DNA from: Rhodosorus marinus CCMP1338
Taxonomy: Eukaryota > Plantae > Rhodophyta
Assembly: GCA_029953675.1 (NCBI GenBank)
Contig: JAMWBK010000003.1
Span: forward strand, 2,914,001 to 2,978,000
Direction: 5' to 3'
Length of the DNA stretch: 64,000 bases
Made by a program: the position numbers and the translations under genes. Shown here piece after piece: positions 47,578 to 57,645 of this stretch (positions within the stretch are counted from its first letter, which is position 1; every line of letters begins with the position of its first letter). The notes below the pieces were generated by a model. It was not told the origin of the DNA and did no database searches. It saw nothing but the letters and a program-made list of their open reading frames with translations.

Positions 47578-50500
47578 CGATCGATTCTGCGTTTACACAA
47601 CACGTCGTTTACCAAGACCCGTTCAAATCGTTTTGAGTGTTCTCTTCCCTGTCCCTCACCAAACATCTAAGCCCTACCCCGTTCCTCGCTCTCACAAACC
47701 ACTCCCTAACAAGTCTGTCCCAAACAGCCCCCAAACAGCCCCAACCAGTCCCTAACACCAAATCACAAACAGTTCCAAACTCTCTCAATGCTGAACGGCT
47801 TCCTTCACTCTCTCCTCCTCCAAAATCAAGACGCGCATAGACAGAACGCCCACAACCCTAATCCGCCAGGTATTATAGATACCCAGTTCCTCAGTCTCCA
47901 TCCAAATCCAAACCTTGCAAGATCCTCACCCCCCCCAAACCCTACGACCATCAATTGCTCCATCCACACTGCAGCCCCCCCCCTCTTCCCCACCCCCCGT
48001 TGAACTCATTCTTCCTACACCAAATCACCCAAAAACACAAACGACTCTCAAGTGGTAAGGGGGGTAGATTGTCAATCCATTTGCCAACATTAGCAAAAAC
48101 GAAACACCGAAGAGGGGTGAAGAATAACAAGAAAAAGTCAAATCATGTAAAGAACGCCAAGCAAATCCAAAACACCCCTACCTCTACTGTACCCCTAGCA
48201 AATCCAACAAAATCCTATCAAATTAATTACAGTCAGCAAATGAATTTCGTCCACCGCCTAAATATAAACATTCCATTCCAACAACTATCATGTATTTCAA
48301 GCAATCTGACTCCCTTTTTGTTTTCACCCCGTTTTCAAGTTGGTTTCTCCGTTCTCTTACCGACTCTACGGAGAAACTTCTCACGGCCCCCATTCCGTTG
48401 CTAAGCGAAGCCCTTATCTTTCAATCCCCCAATTTCACCGATCGACAAATCTTGTTTATTCGATACAATTTTAATAAACTTTGGAAATCTTTGAAATCTC
48501 TCTTTTGCAGTTCTAGCTTTTTTCATATTAAAAAGGCTGTTTTGATTTATCTTGCAAGGGATAGATTTTTTTTTTTCAGATGCGCGAAGTCAATGTTATA
48601 TCCTCACGCGACCCCCCCCCCTCATCGAATGCACCTCATGGCGGAAATCTTAGTTTCTATAATGTGTTGACCTGTGTAAAAAATTTTCCTCCCCCCCCCA
48701 AAACCATCCTGTCTAGGAAGGATTCGATTTCCTGAAATCCCTCGTCTAGAGTGCCTATTTTTGCAGTTTTTCTGTTTCAAGTTGGTCTGATGAAGGAAAG
48801 TTAAAGTAGTGGACGGGAAGGGGGTGGGGAAGGATAAGGCCAAGATCATCTAATTTCTTCTTCAAGTTTGGATTTGCAAAGCTGTAGTTTTCGTTTCTTT
48901 CTGAGGTTCTTCCATTCGTTCATTAATAAACTTGAAAGCACAAATCCTTTTCAATTTTTATTTTGATTGATTTCAGTTAACCAATGAAAAAGCGGCATGG
49001 AGACCCTCTCTTTTCAATCAGTCCAAGGAGCCCACAACGAACGCCCACTGCCGACATCCTTACTTAAATTTATACTATTCATATTTTACCGTTTACGGCT
49101 TAACCAATGATAAAGTGCATATATTGCAAGCAGCTTCGCAGTTCTGTTCTTCAGGGGGGGACAAGATTGCAGACTCCCTTCGTTGAAGAATGTTGAAAGT
49201 TTTGATATTTTGTAGGAGATGTCAACACATGCCTATTAAAACATACAAAAAACAAAAACACAACCCCCTCGAAGAAGTACTATGTTCCAAAATAATTTAA
49301 AAAATGGGAATGGGGGAGAGAGCGGAGGAAAAGGGGGGGGGGTGGGGTGAGTAGTTTAGATTTTTTTGTCCATTGGAAGGAGCCAGGACGTTTGGGTTCA
49401 ATAGTAAGAAAGAAGTTCAGAATATGAAACCAATCTGCAAGGAGGTTTCTTGCGTCCTTCTATTTTCGTCGATTTTGAAGTGAATGGGGGGAAGAAGAAG
49501 AAGTATTCAGCTGGGCTAAATGAAGCAGAAATCCTGGAACAAGGAATTTTAGTAATACGGAAAAATGACATCAGGATCGTCTATTTTCGAGTCCCTGGTA
49601 GTCAACATGACTAACTCTACTCGAAAGGGGTAATGGTATACAATAATACGACAGTTATCGAACACAGTAATTTTAGGAAGAGCTAAGAGGTATGACATTG
49701 GATCACCCCGGTATGGAGAACTGGCGTAGATTCTGGAACGTGCTCAAATCAATTTTATTGGATGGATTTTTATAATTAACATAAGTTGTTTTGGGCTTTT
49801 GGAGTTGGTTTGGTAAGGGGTGGACAGATTCTCGATTACCTATCGATTTGGAACCAATTAGAAGGGTGAACGAGATTTCGGAAACCATTCAGAAACTGAT
49901 CGGATTATGATTTAGCCTTGCGAGGAGGGGGATAAACTTTGAGAAGAAGGCCAATGGCTCTCAACAATGTGGCCGGCGTGAAGCTGACGCCCAGGAAAAA
50001 CTTGAAAGGGGTTAAGGCAAGATGTTAATGAGAACCCTGAATTTCTCCGTGCTTGAAGATCTCATGAAAATGGATGCTATTTACCCCGCAGGAGGCGTAT
50101 GCGAATGTTGCTCGAAAATAGCCATCGCGAAAAGATGTGCTTCTTTCTCGAGTGTTGTTGAATACTGTGAGGGAGAGAGGCGTATAGCGTGTAAGAGTAT
50201 AGACCCTACCAAGTTCGTTTTTGTCCGGTGTTCTTGGTAATGCGTTTCAAGAGAATTCGTTATGAACGTTTTGGATTTAGATATGCAAATGGTCCTCCGG
50301 CTGCCCCATTGATCGACATGCAGTGGAAGGCTCTGGGTTTTCATTATTTTGGTTTTTGGAAGTGGCCAGAAGTCCAAGATCGCACAGATTGTTCATCACG
50401 GGTGCTGTTCGATGAGTCATGGCACCTGGAAGCTGGCCTTCAACTGTATTTCGTTGCTCACGGGCTCGTCGAAAAATGGTACACAGGCGAATTGCTCTCT

Positions 50501-52392
50501 GGCACTCGAAGATCTTCTGACTTGATTTGGTGGCGTTTGGAGACGACTTCCAGCCAGTGGGAGTATACAGATTTTCCCTCGCGCGCCCCCTGTGCGCAGG
50601 GGTGATGGCCATCACCGTCGATCAGCTGATTCCGAATGGGAAACTGGAGAGGGCATGGCCGTGCTGTGGGTAGTAACTACTCCCTGCCACGAGGTCTACC
50701 AGTAGTGCGGCCGTGAACTAAACCGTGGCTGTGACCATAAACCATGTGCTTTGCCGATCAGCAAGCAGACCAGCCCCTGCTGACAAAGGCAGAGAACCCT
50801 ATCACCTGCAAATTGAGTAGAAAGAATCCGACCCCCCCGCAGGTGGTTGACTCCCAACGGCCTCTAGTATGCCTTTTCGCATGCCTCAAAGGGCGCTTCG
50901 ATCTACTTCGCCATCTCGGCAATAGATATTCATTATCATATCTGCTCAGCGTTTGCAGAAGCAAACGCGAATCCTCCTCTGACTTTGCTCTAACCCACCC
51001 CCTCCCCTCCCTGCTGAGCAAAATGCCCCCCACCCCCCGTTCCCCCCTCTTTCAATCCAAACCCTAAAAGAGAAGAACGCTCGGCCTTCCCCTCTCGGGA
51101 TGAGCACACAGAACCACTTCACAGACTGCGAAGCGTGGCCAAGGCGGTATATGGTATGTTGCGTTCTTTCTTGAACGAATCGAGCAAATTCCGCAGAAAT
51201 GCTCCGATAGGCCCATTTTATCCATTTTCATCCTTGGATAGGAGTTTTTCCTTTAAAGCTACGATTTCATTGAATCTTCAATCTTTTTGATATGGTCGTT
51301 AAAAGAAACGTTAATTACGGGTTCCTACTCTTCCTTCGTAAAATCTAACCTTTCTCATTGGTTAAAGAATTTATGTAGAAATAGTAAACGAAATACAGTT
51401 TAGTTTTCCAAAAAAACTTTCGGTCGCGCGTGGAAGAGTGTATCTCCCCGCGCAGGATCACATTTTTACATCTTGATTGGACAAGTAAGCGTATCTCAGT
51501 TGGAGGGCTTTTCCTTTTTTTCGGGTGCTATTTAACATATTTTATCCGAGCGGATGGGCGTTCTTTTAAATTTATATTTCTGTCCAATAATATTATAGCC
51601 AATCATATGCATCAATACATTCATCAGACATCCCGTTTTTGGTTTCTGCTGGATGATTGGTTAATTAGACACCAAACAAACGTCATGAAATATTCATTTA
51701 ATATAAATTATAAAAAGTATGGATTGGGAAATTAACTGAAATATAACGGGAAGCTAAATTTGAGCGAATGGAATTTCGTGAAATGGGAAACGGGTATGCT
51801 TGCCATGTGTTGTCTGTTGGAAAAGCTGTAATGAGGATGAGTTGGAGGTTTGCCTTTCAAAGGTTAGGAACAGGTGGAAGTTGGTGAAGGGCTGGTAAAC
51901 CCTAAGCGCTTTTCCAATTTCGTTTTTTTTGAGGGGAAGGGGTGGGGTACCTCCGGCTTGTTCCCAGCTATGCCTTTTGTAAGGTTTTCTTCCTCATGGA
52001 GCCGAAACGGACCTTGCTGTTGTCCGCATGCCATTTGTAGATCGTTGTTATGGAACGGCTGGAATGTCCGTGATATGAGCCTATAGGATACGATTCAGCA
52101 ACTATGGAGGCGGAAAGGTTTCTCAGCTTGGAATCGATGTTCGGGTTCTTACTACTGCAAGCGCGGGAACGTTTGGCATTCGGATGCTCTCGTTTGAAAG
52201 AGGTGAGCGTCACTCTCAGAGCAAGTCGGTCCATGCACATGTCGTTGCTGTACAGTGTTGTGCCTCGTTTTTAACGCTCCTCTCAGTCTTGAGTGCCAAA
52301 AGTATTCGGATTCTCTGACCTACATTCCTGCACTTGCTCTCACAGAGAACTTGGATTGTACGGATGGCAGAAAACGGGAGGACGAGGTCCTC

Positions 52393-53987
52393 TTAACCCG
52401 AAGCTCTTAGAATCACCGGCATGGCTATTCTGAGGATGTCCATGTTCGGATCCAGCAACCGGCCTAGGCCTTCTGCGACGAAAATCGACGCTACGATTGT
52501 TGCGAATTTGGGGTCCAGTTTCACGCTACACTCGTAGCATGTGGAGAGTACATCGACTAAAATATCAGCGATACCGAGCCGCTCAAGTCGCAGGCCACTC
52601 GCGTGAACGTCGCTTACGATATTGGATATGGAAGTGAGGAAATTTTCGACTTTCTCTTCCTCAACCGGGGACTTGCTCCTCTCAATGAGGAGCGATCCCG
52701 CCTTCTGACCATCGCCTGTGACGTGGGATTTTTTGGCCACTTTTAGCAACCCACGAGCGAAGCTGTGAATGGATTCGTTGCGTACACACCTCTCGCGATT
52801 GCCTGGAAAAGATCCCGCATGTCCCTGATTTGTTTCGGCTCAATTGTGAACGCGATACCCGCATCGAGTAGCACCAGCGAGTCTCCGTCGGAACTGACAA
52901 GGACGTTGCCAGGGTGCAAGTCTCCGTGAACAAAATGGTGGTTGAAGACCATCTCCAGGAAGGCTTGAACCCCCAGTCGCGCAAGTTTGCGACGATGACT
53001 GTCATCAAGCTCGTTCAACACAGGCTGTCCGTCCTCGTACTCCTCCACCAGGATCGTTTCAGAGGTAAGCGCTTCCACCGGCTGCGGGAATACTATCTTT
53101 GCATTCCCCAGAAAGTTCGCTCTGAATTTCCACAAGTTGAGTGCCTCGGCTCTCATGTCAATCTGAGGTTGGACCGTGGACGCGAACTCATCTACACATT
53201 CACCAGCGTTGAGAACGTCACGGATCATTGGCAGCTGGTCCATCAGAGCAGCACAATATCTAAGCAGCTCTACGTCCACCTCAGCCCTCCTCCGGACAGC
53301 GGGATGCACTACTTTGACGGCGACCCTCTTTGGATCCTTTCCAATCGTCTCTCCTTTGTAGACCTGGGCGATACATCCTGAGCCGAGAGGCGTTTTTTCC
53401 AAACGTAAAACGCGGGTATTCCAATCCGGACCGAAAACCTTAGCGAGCGCCTCGGCGGTTTCATTCCACTCATGCTGAGGTGCATTGAAGTGAAGGTTCG
53501 ATAATCTTCTACAAAGGAAAGCTGGGAAAAGGTCCACTCTCATTGCAGCCCACTGCAAGAGCTTCACAAAAATTGGTCCTTGTGACCCTGCAACTAGTAG
53601 AGCCCAGTGCCACCAGCGGTCGGCAACTTCCGGAAAGGCAAACGACAGTGCCCAAGCAAATGGGGCAGTGAGCATTAACGGCGCCGTACCAAGCAGGAAG
53701 TAGCAACCACGCAGCGCCACTTCCCACCAACCAACACCATCTGGCTTCACCTCATCCCGCTGTGAGGTCACCGGCCATTCGTTGGTGGTCTGCACCTCAG
53801 TCCTGACCGCGGAATGAACTGGTCCCGCATGCTGAGCAAACGCAACCCCAGCAGGCAATAACCCCACGGCAGCAGTCGCAAGCGAATAGCACGTCGTCCC
53901 AGAGTAACGGATCCTCACACCAGAAGGCCAAAGCCTTGCAATCTGACGACGTACGCTTCCAAACCTTCTAACATTCCTAGTCATCAT
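52393..53987 (-). CDS. ABC1/ADCK (UbiB-family) atypical protein kinase, probably mitochondrial, 2 exons
   Basis: GPIFVKLLQWAAMRVDLFP, PLGSGCIAQVYKG, VAVKVVHP, LVEEY, FVHGDLHPGNVLV, LLDAG and EGLGRLLDP.MDI. Confidence 0.92.
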
Positions 53988-54938
53988 CGGGCCTCCATCC
54001 GGAAAACCTCATAAGAAGAGGAACCCAAGCTCAATCAACACCGTCCATCAGAAAACCAAAAAAAAGGCCCTCGTCATGTCCTGAACCAATTTCAAAGTCG
54101 ATTTCACTGCATAAACGAACAGTATTCCTTCTACATCTGCTTCGTCCATGTCAAATCCTCAGTCTTCGCGTCCAACTATGAACGGCTGGTACCTCATATC
54201 CCAATCTCGGACATCTCCGAATGACGACGATCGATCATCACGGGCAATTTTTACTGACTTTCTTTTTTCAGGACAGACTGTCCCAGTTGTTTTTCTGGGG
54301 CTGAAGTTTTAAGCGGTGGGGGTCGATGATTGGGTTTGTGTAATGGACAAGAGAGAAACGACAAGGTTTCAGACTGATTCAGAGACTTTGAGTGATCGCT
54401 GTTGATTTGTCTGGATCGCTGACTGGTTGTCTGGTACTGTGACCAGCCGCCAAGGGAGACCGCCCTGTCCAGAGTGGTTTGCCGACCTCTAGTGGTGCTG
54501 GAGCTGCTTCTCAAGCTGCGTCAGCATGGCAGAGCTGGATTAGAGTATTCTTAAGCTCACCGTTTCTGCCATTTGGTGGGGTGTCAGATTGGTTGAAGGT
54601 TACGGCTCGCGCCTCCCCTTCCCCGCTTAGCGGCTGGTGTCCGCTCTCCGTTAGAGCGTTTCCAAAAACAAATTGCGGACAAAGGCCATCGGCAGCGGAC
54701 ATCGATTGGTGGTTCTCGATTTCAATCAGGCATCAGGTGACGCGGATTTCGAATAGTTGTCTTGGAGGACTCGCTCGTGGCTATGGCTTGCGATTTTCTT
54801 GATCCATGATGTATACGGTGCTCGTGGAGGTTTTCCTTATTCGTGGATTGCCTCATTTTGGGGCCAGCTTGCCGCGCTTTAGGGCTGGAAGACTTGCAGC
54901 GCTGTAGGATCTTCACAACGAGACACAGTGAAGTTTCG

Positions 54939-57164
54939 ATGGGATCAATCTCTCGTGCAGCAAAGCGAGCAGCAAATCTGAAAGCCTCGTCGGTGTGGGA
55001 TGTTCACCATGAAGCTTTGAGGCGAGCGCGCGAGGGGAGGCCAGTGACTGTTCTTAGTGTTGGTGAACCCGATGCCGAGACTGTGGGTGGAGTTGATGAA
55101 GCAGGGATCGCTGCGATTCGTTCAGGAGCAGGTCGAGTTTACGGAGACGCAGGCGGCCAGCTTGAACTGCGGCAACTTATCTCCCAGAAGTATGAAAAAG
55201 ACTACGGTCTGCAGATCGACCCGCGTCGCGTTCTTGTCACCGCGGGCGCTCAGAATGCTTTATTTCAAACGATGCTAACAGTCTTGGATGAAGGCACTGA
55301 AATCGTCATCCCAGACCCCTGCTATGTAACATACGAACCCACAGTTGTTGCCTCCGGAGGTACCGTAGTTCCGCTCCCGTTGCGAGCTGATGACTCTTTT
55401 CGAATCACCGCGGAAGCTGTTGAGAAAAAAATTACCAAGAAGACGAGGGGGGTACTCATCAATAGCCCAAACAACCCAACGGGAGCGATCGTATCCGAAC
55501 AGGACTTGAACCAGCTGTCGGAGCTCTGCCGCACGCGGGACTTGTGGTTGATCTCCGATGAGGTTTATTCCGACTTCGTCTTTGACGATAAGAAGCACAT
55601 ACCGGCAGCTGGCATAGCCGAGTCTCAAGAATCGACTATTACTATCAACTCGACGTCCAAAATGTTCTCCATGGTTGGGTGGAGAGTCGGATGGGCCATT
55701 GTACCGGAGAGACTCATTAATCCGATGATGGCGGTCAGCGAGGGCATGTTGTTCGGACTTTCTCGAATCTCAGAAGCAGCAGCGTTGAAGGCTTTCAGCG
55801 TGGATAACGATTTTCAAGCCCTTCGAGCTGAATACAGCGCCAGGTTCCGCGTCGTTTTCGACAACCTTCAGGGCGTCCCTGGAATCGTACCTCGTAAAAT
55901 TGGAGGAGGCATGTTCGCACTCGTTGACATTTCTGGTACGGGGATGTCTGCAACTGAATTTGCCTGGAAGCTATTGAACGACTTCGACGTCAGCGTTCTA
56001 CCCGCGGACTCATTTGGTGAGGCTGCGAGTGGCCACGTCAGGATCAGTCTAACAAAGAGTAGAGAGACCCTAAAGACTGCAGTTGAGAAGCTCGCGAAGT
56101 GTGCTGCAGACGCACGAGCAGCGACGCGGGTGGATGGACAGGTCGCAGTTGTCGGGAAGAACGACAAGTATGGAAGCGTCCTTGTATGCCGGGACCGTCT
56201 GGATTCGAGTGCACAACAGTGGTACACAAACGTGTTTGATCTGATTCGTGAGAACGGCGCGGGGGTGCTACGCGTGAAAGAATGGCCCTGTGAGGACGTG
56301 AGCGACGTCACTGCTGCGGTAGTTTGGAATCCACCGCCGGGTCTTCTGGCTAGTCTGCCAAAGCTTCGTATGGTTCAAGTTCTGGGTGCTGGCCTGGACG
56401 GAATCATGCAGTTTGTTTCAGAACTGGATGAGCGCGTGATGGTATGCCGACTTGTCGATCCAATCGCTGTGGAGCGAATGGCCAACTATGTGCTTGCAGC
56501 CGCAATGGATCACGTACGGCATAGAGCGTACACGCGTGAATGCCAGCAAAGAACCAAGTGGGATACCGGAGTTGGTCCAGAGTCTATTAGCTCGACTACC
56601 GTTGGGCTTCTCGGGTTAGGCGAGATGGGCCGTGCCGCTGGCGAGTTATTAGCCCGAGCTGGATTTGATGTCTTGGGCTGGAGCCGGAGCAGAAGGATAC
56701 CAGACGATGACCTTTTCGGCATCCGCAAGCGATTCGTTGGCGGGAAAGATCAACTCTCTGAGCTCTTGAGCAGTTCCGACGTTGTTGTCTGTCTGCTGCC
56801 TCTGACGATAGAAACGCAGGGAATTATAGACAAATCTGTGCTCGGTAAGATGAAAACCGGATCCTCGTTTGTCAATTGCGCACGAGGAGCACATGTGGTG
56901 TTGAACGATTTGCTGGAAGCCCTGAACAGTGGAAAATTGCGAAGCGCGGTACTGGATGTGTTTGAAGAAGAGCCTTTACCAAAGGAATCACCTTTGTGGA
57001 AGCATCCCAAAGTGATTCTCACCCCCCACATAGCGGGTTATGCTGGGGAAGCGTCTGCCGCAAACACAGTGGTTGAGAACTTGAGCAGACTGGCTCGTGG
57101 GGAAAAGCCACTATTCACTGTGAACGTGAAAAGCAGTAACTATCAGCTAACTGATTTCGATTAA
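54939..57164 (+). CDS. Fusion protein: class I/II PLP aminotransferase (AruH-like) plus D-2-hydroxyacid dehydrogenase (GhrA-like), 741 aa, intronless
   Basis: N half: WDVHHEA...LSVGEPD, INSPNNPTG, ISDEVY, INSTSKMFSMVGWRVGW (PLP Lys) and GHVRISL. C half: VQVLGAGLD, VGLLGLGEMG, GWSRS, LLPLT.ET.GII, VNCARG, LDVFEEEPLP and TPHIAG. One continuous frame. Confidence 0.95.
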   Translation: MGSISRAAKRAANLKASSVWDVHHEALRRAREGRPVTVLSVGEPDAETVGGVDEAGIAAIRSGAGRVYGDAGGQLELRQLISQKYEKDYGLQIDPRRVLVTAGAQNALFQTMLTVLDEGTEIVIPDPCYVTYEPTVVASGGTVVPLPLRADDSFRITAEAVEKKITKKTRGVLINSPNNPTGAIVSEQDLNQLSELCRTRDLWLISDEVYSDFVFDDKKHIPAAGIAESQESTITINSTSKMFSMVGWRVGWAIVPERLINPMMAVSEGMLFGLSRISEAAALKAFSVDNDFQALRAEYSARFRVVFDNLQGVPGIVPRKIGGGMFALVDISGTGMSATEFAWKLLNDFDVSVLPADSFGEAASGHVRISLTKSRETLKTAVEKLAKCAADARAATRVDGQVAVVGKNDKYGSVLVCRDRLDSSAQQWYTNVFDLIRENGAGVLRVKEWPCEDVSDVTAAVVWNPPPGLLASLPKLRMVQVLGAGLDGIMQFVSELDERVMVCRLVDPIAVERMANYVLAAAMDHVRHRAYTRECQQRTKWDTGVGPESISSTTVGLLGLGEMGRAAGELLARAGFDVLGWSRSRRIPDDDLFGIRKRFVGGKDQLSELLSSSDVVVCLLPLTIETQGIIDKSVLGKMKTGSSFVNCARGAHVVLNDLLEALNSGKLRSAVLDVFEEEPLPKESPLWKHPKVILTPHIAGYAGEASAANTVVENLSRLARGEKPLFTVNVKSSNYQLTDFD

Positions 57165-57318
57165 CTATTATTAGTTCGGCGCAAACTAGAGCTAACTTTG
57201 AGCTTTCTTGCTAGACACGGACGTTGGATCCCTGAATAAAGTGAAGTATATCTTTCCCCCCCCCTTTTATTGCACAATACGTGAGAACGAAGATCGCAAA
57301 CAACCTTCAAACTCCTAT

Positions 57319-57645
57319 TTACTTAGGTTCCTGGTCATCCAAACTAATCTGCTTCATCTTACTATAATCATGAATCTCGCTCATCGACTCTCCGCCTCCA
57401 ATCTTGGGCGAAGTTTCCTTGCTCGACCTTCCCCAGGCATCGTACCTGGAAGCACCAGTTGGCGCCCGTCCGTTCGGATGGAAGACGCTGCTCCATACGT
57501 CCTTCGTGGTGTTCCTCTTTTGAGCAGTATGCGGTGAAGACAACGTCGGCGAAGTCGGGGGGCTGGTGGCCTGCTTCTCCATTCTCCACGAGTGGTACCG
57601 GTTCAAAAAGTTCGCGGCATTGCTTGGCTCATATTCGTCATCCAT
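57319..57645 (-). CDS. Small S/T/P-rich protein with a DRM1/ARP-like motif, about 108 aa (3' end may be spliced)
   Basis: ATG at 57645 just downstream of a promoter-like flank. SPPTSPTLSSP...KDVWSSVFHPNG...GASRYD resembles the plant dormancy/auxin-repressed core SPTTP..NVWRSVFHPGSN...G...FD. Confidence 0.5.
   Translation of the reverse strand: MDDEYEPSNAANFLNRYHSWRMEKQATSPPTSPTLSSPHTAQKRNTTKDVWSSVFHPNGRAPTGASRYDAWGRSSKETSPKIGGGESMSEIHDYSKMKQISLDDQEPK

Noticed and set aside
54843-54938. N-terminal 32 codons of the 773-aa ORF call
   Set aside because: They start at GTG. Aminotransferase similarity begins after ATG 54939, and a TAG acceptor at about 54907 suggests this stretch is intron or UTR. 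A spliced targeting exon cannot be excluded.
21888-57164. A metabolic gene cluster linking BCKDH E1-alpha with the aminotransferase-dehydrogenase fusion
   Set aside because: The genes are more than 30 kb apart with many unrelated genes between them, so there is no clustering evidence.
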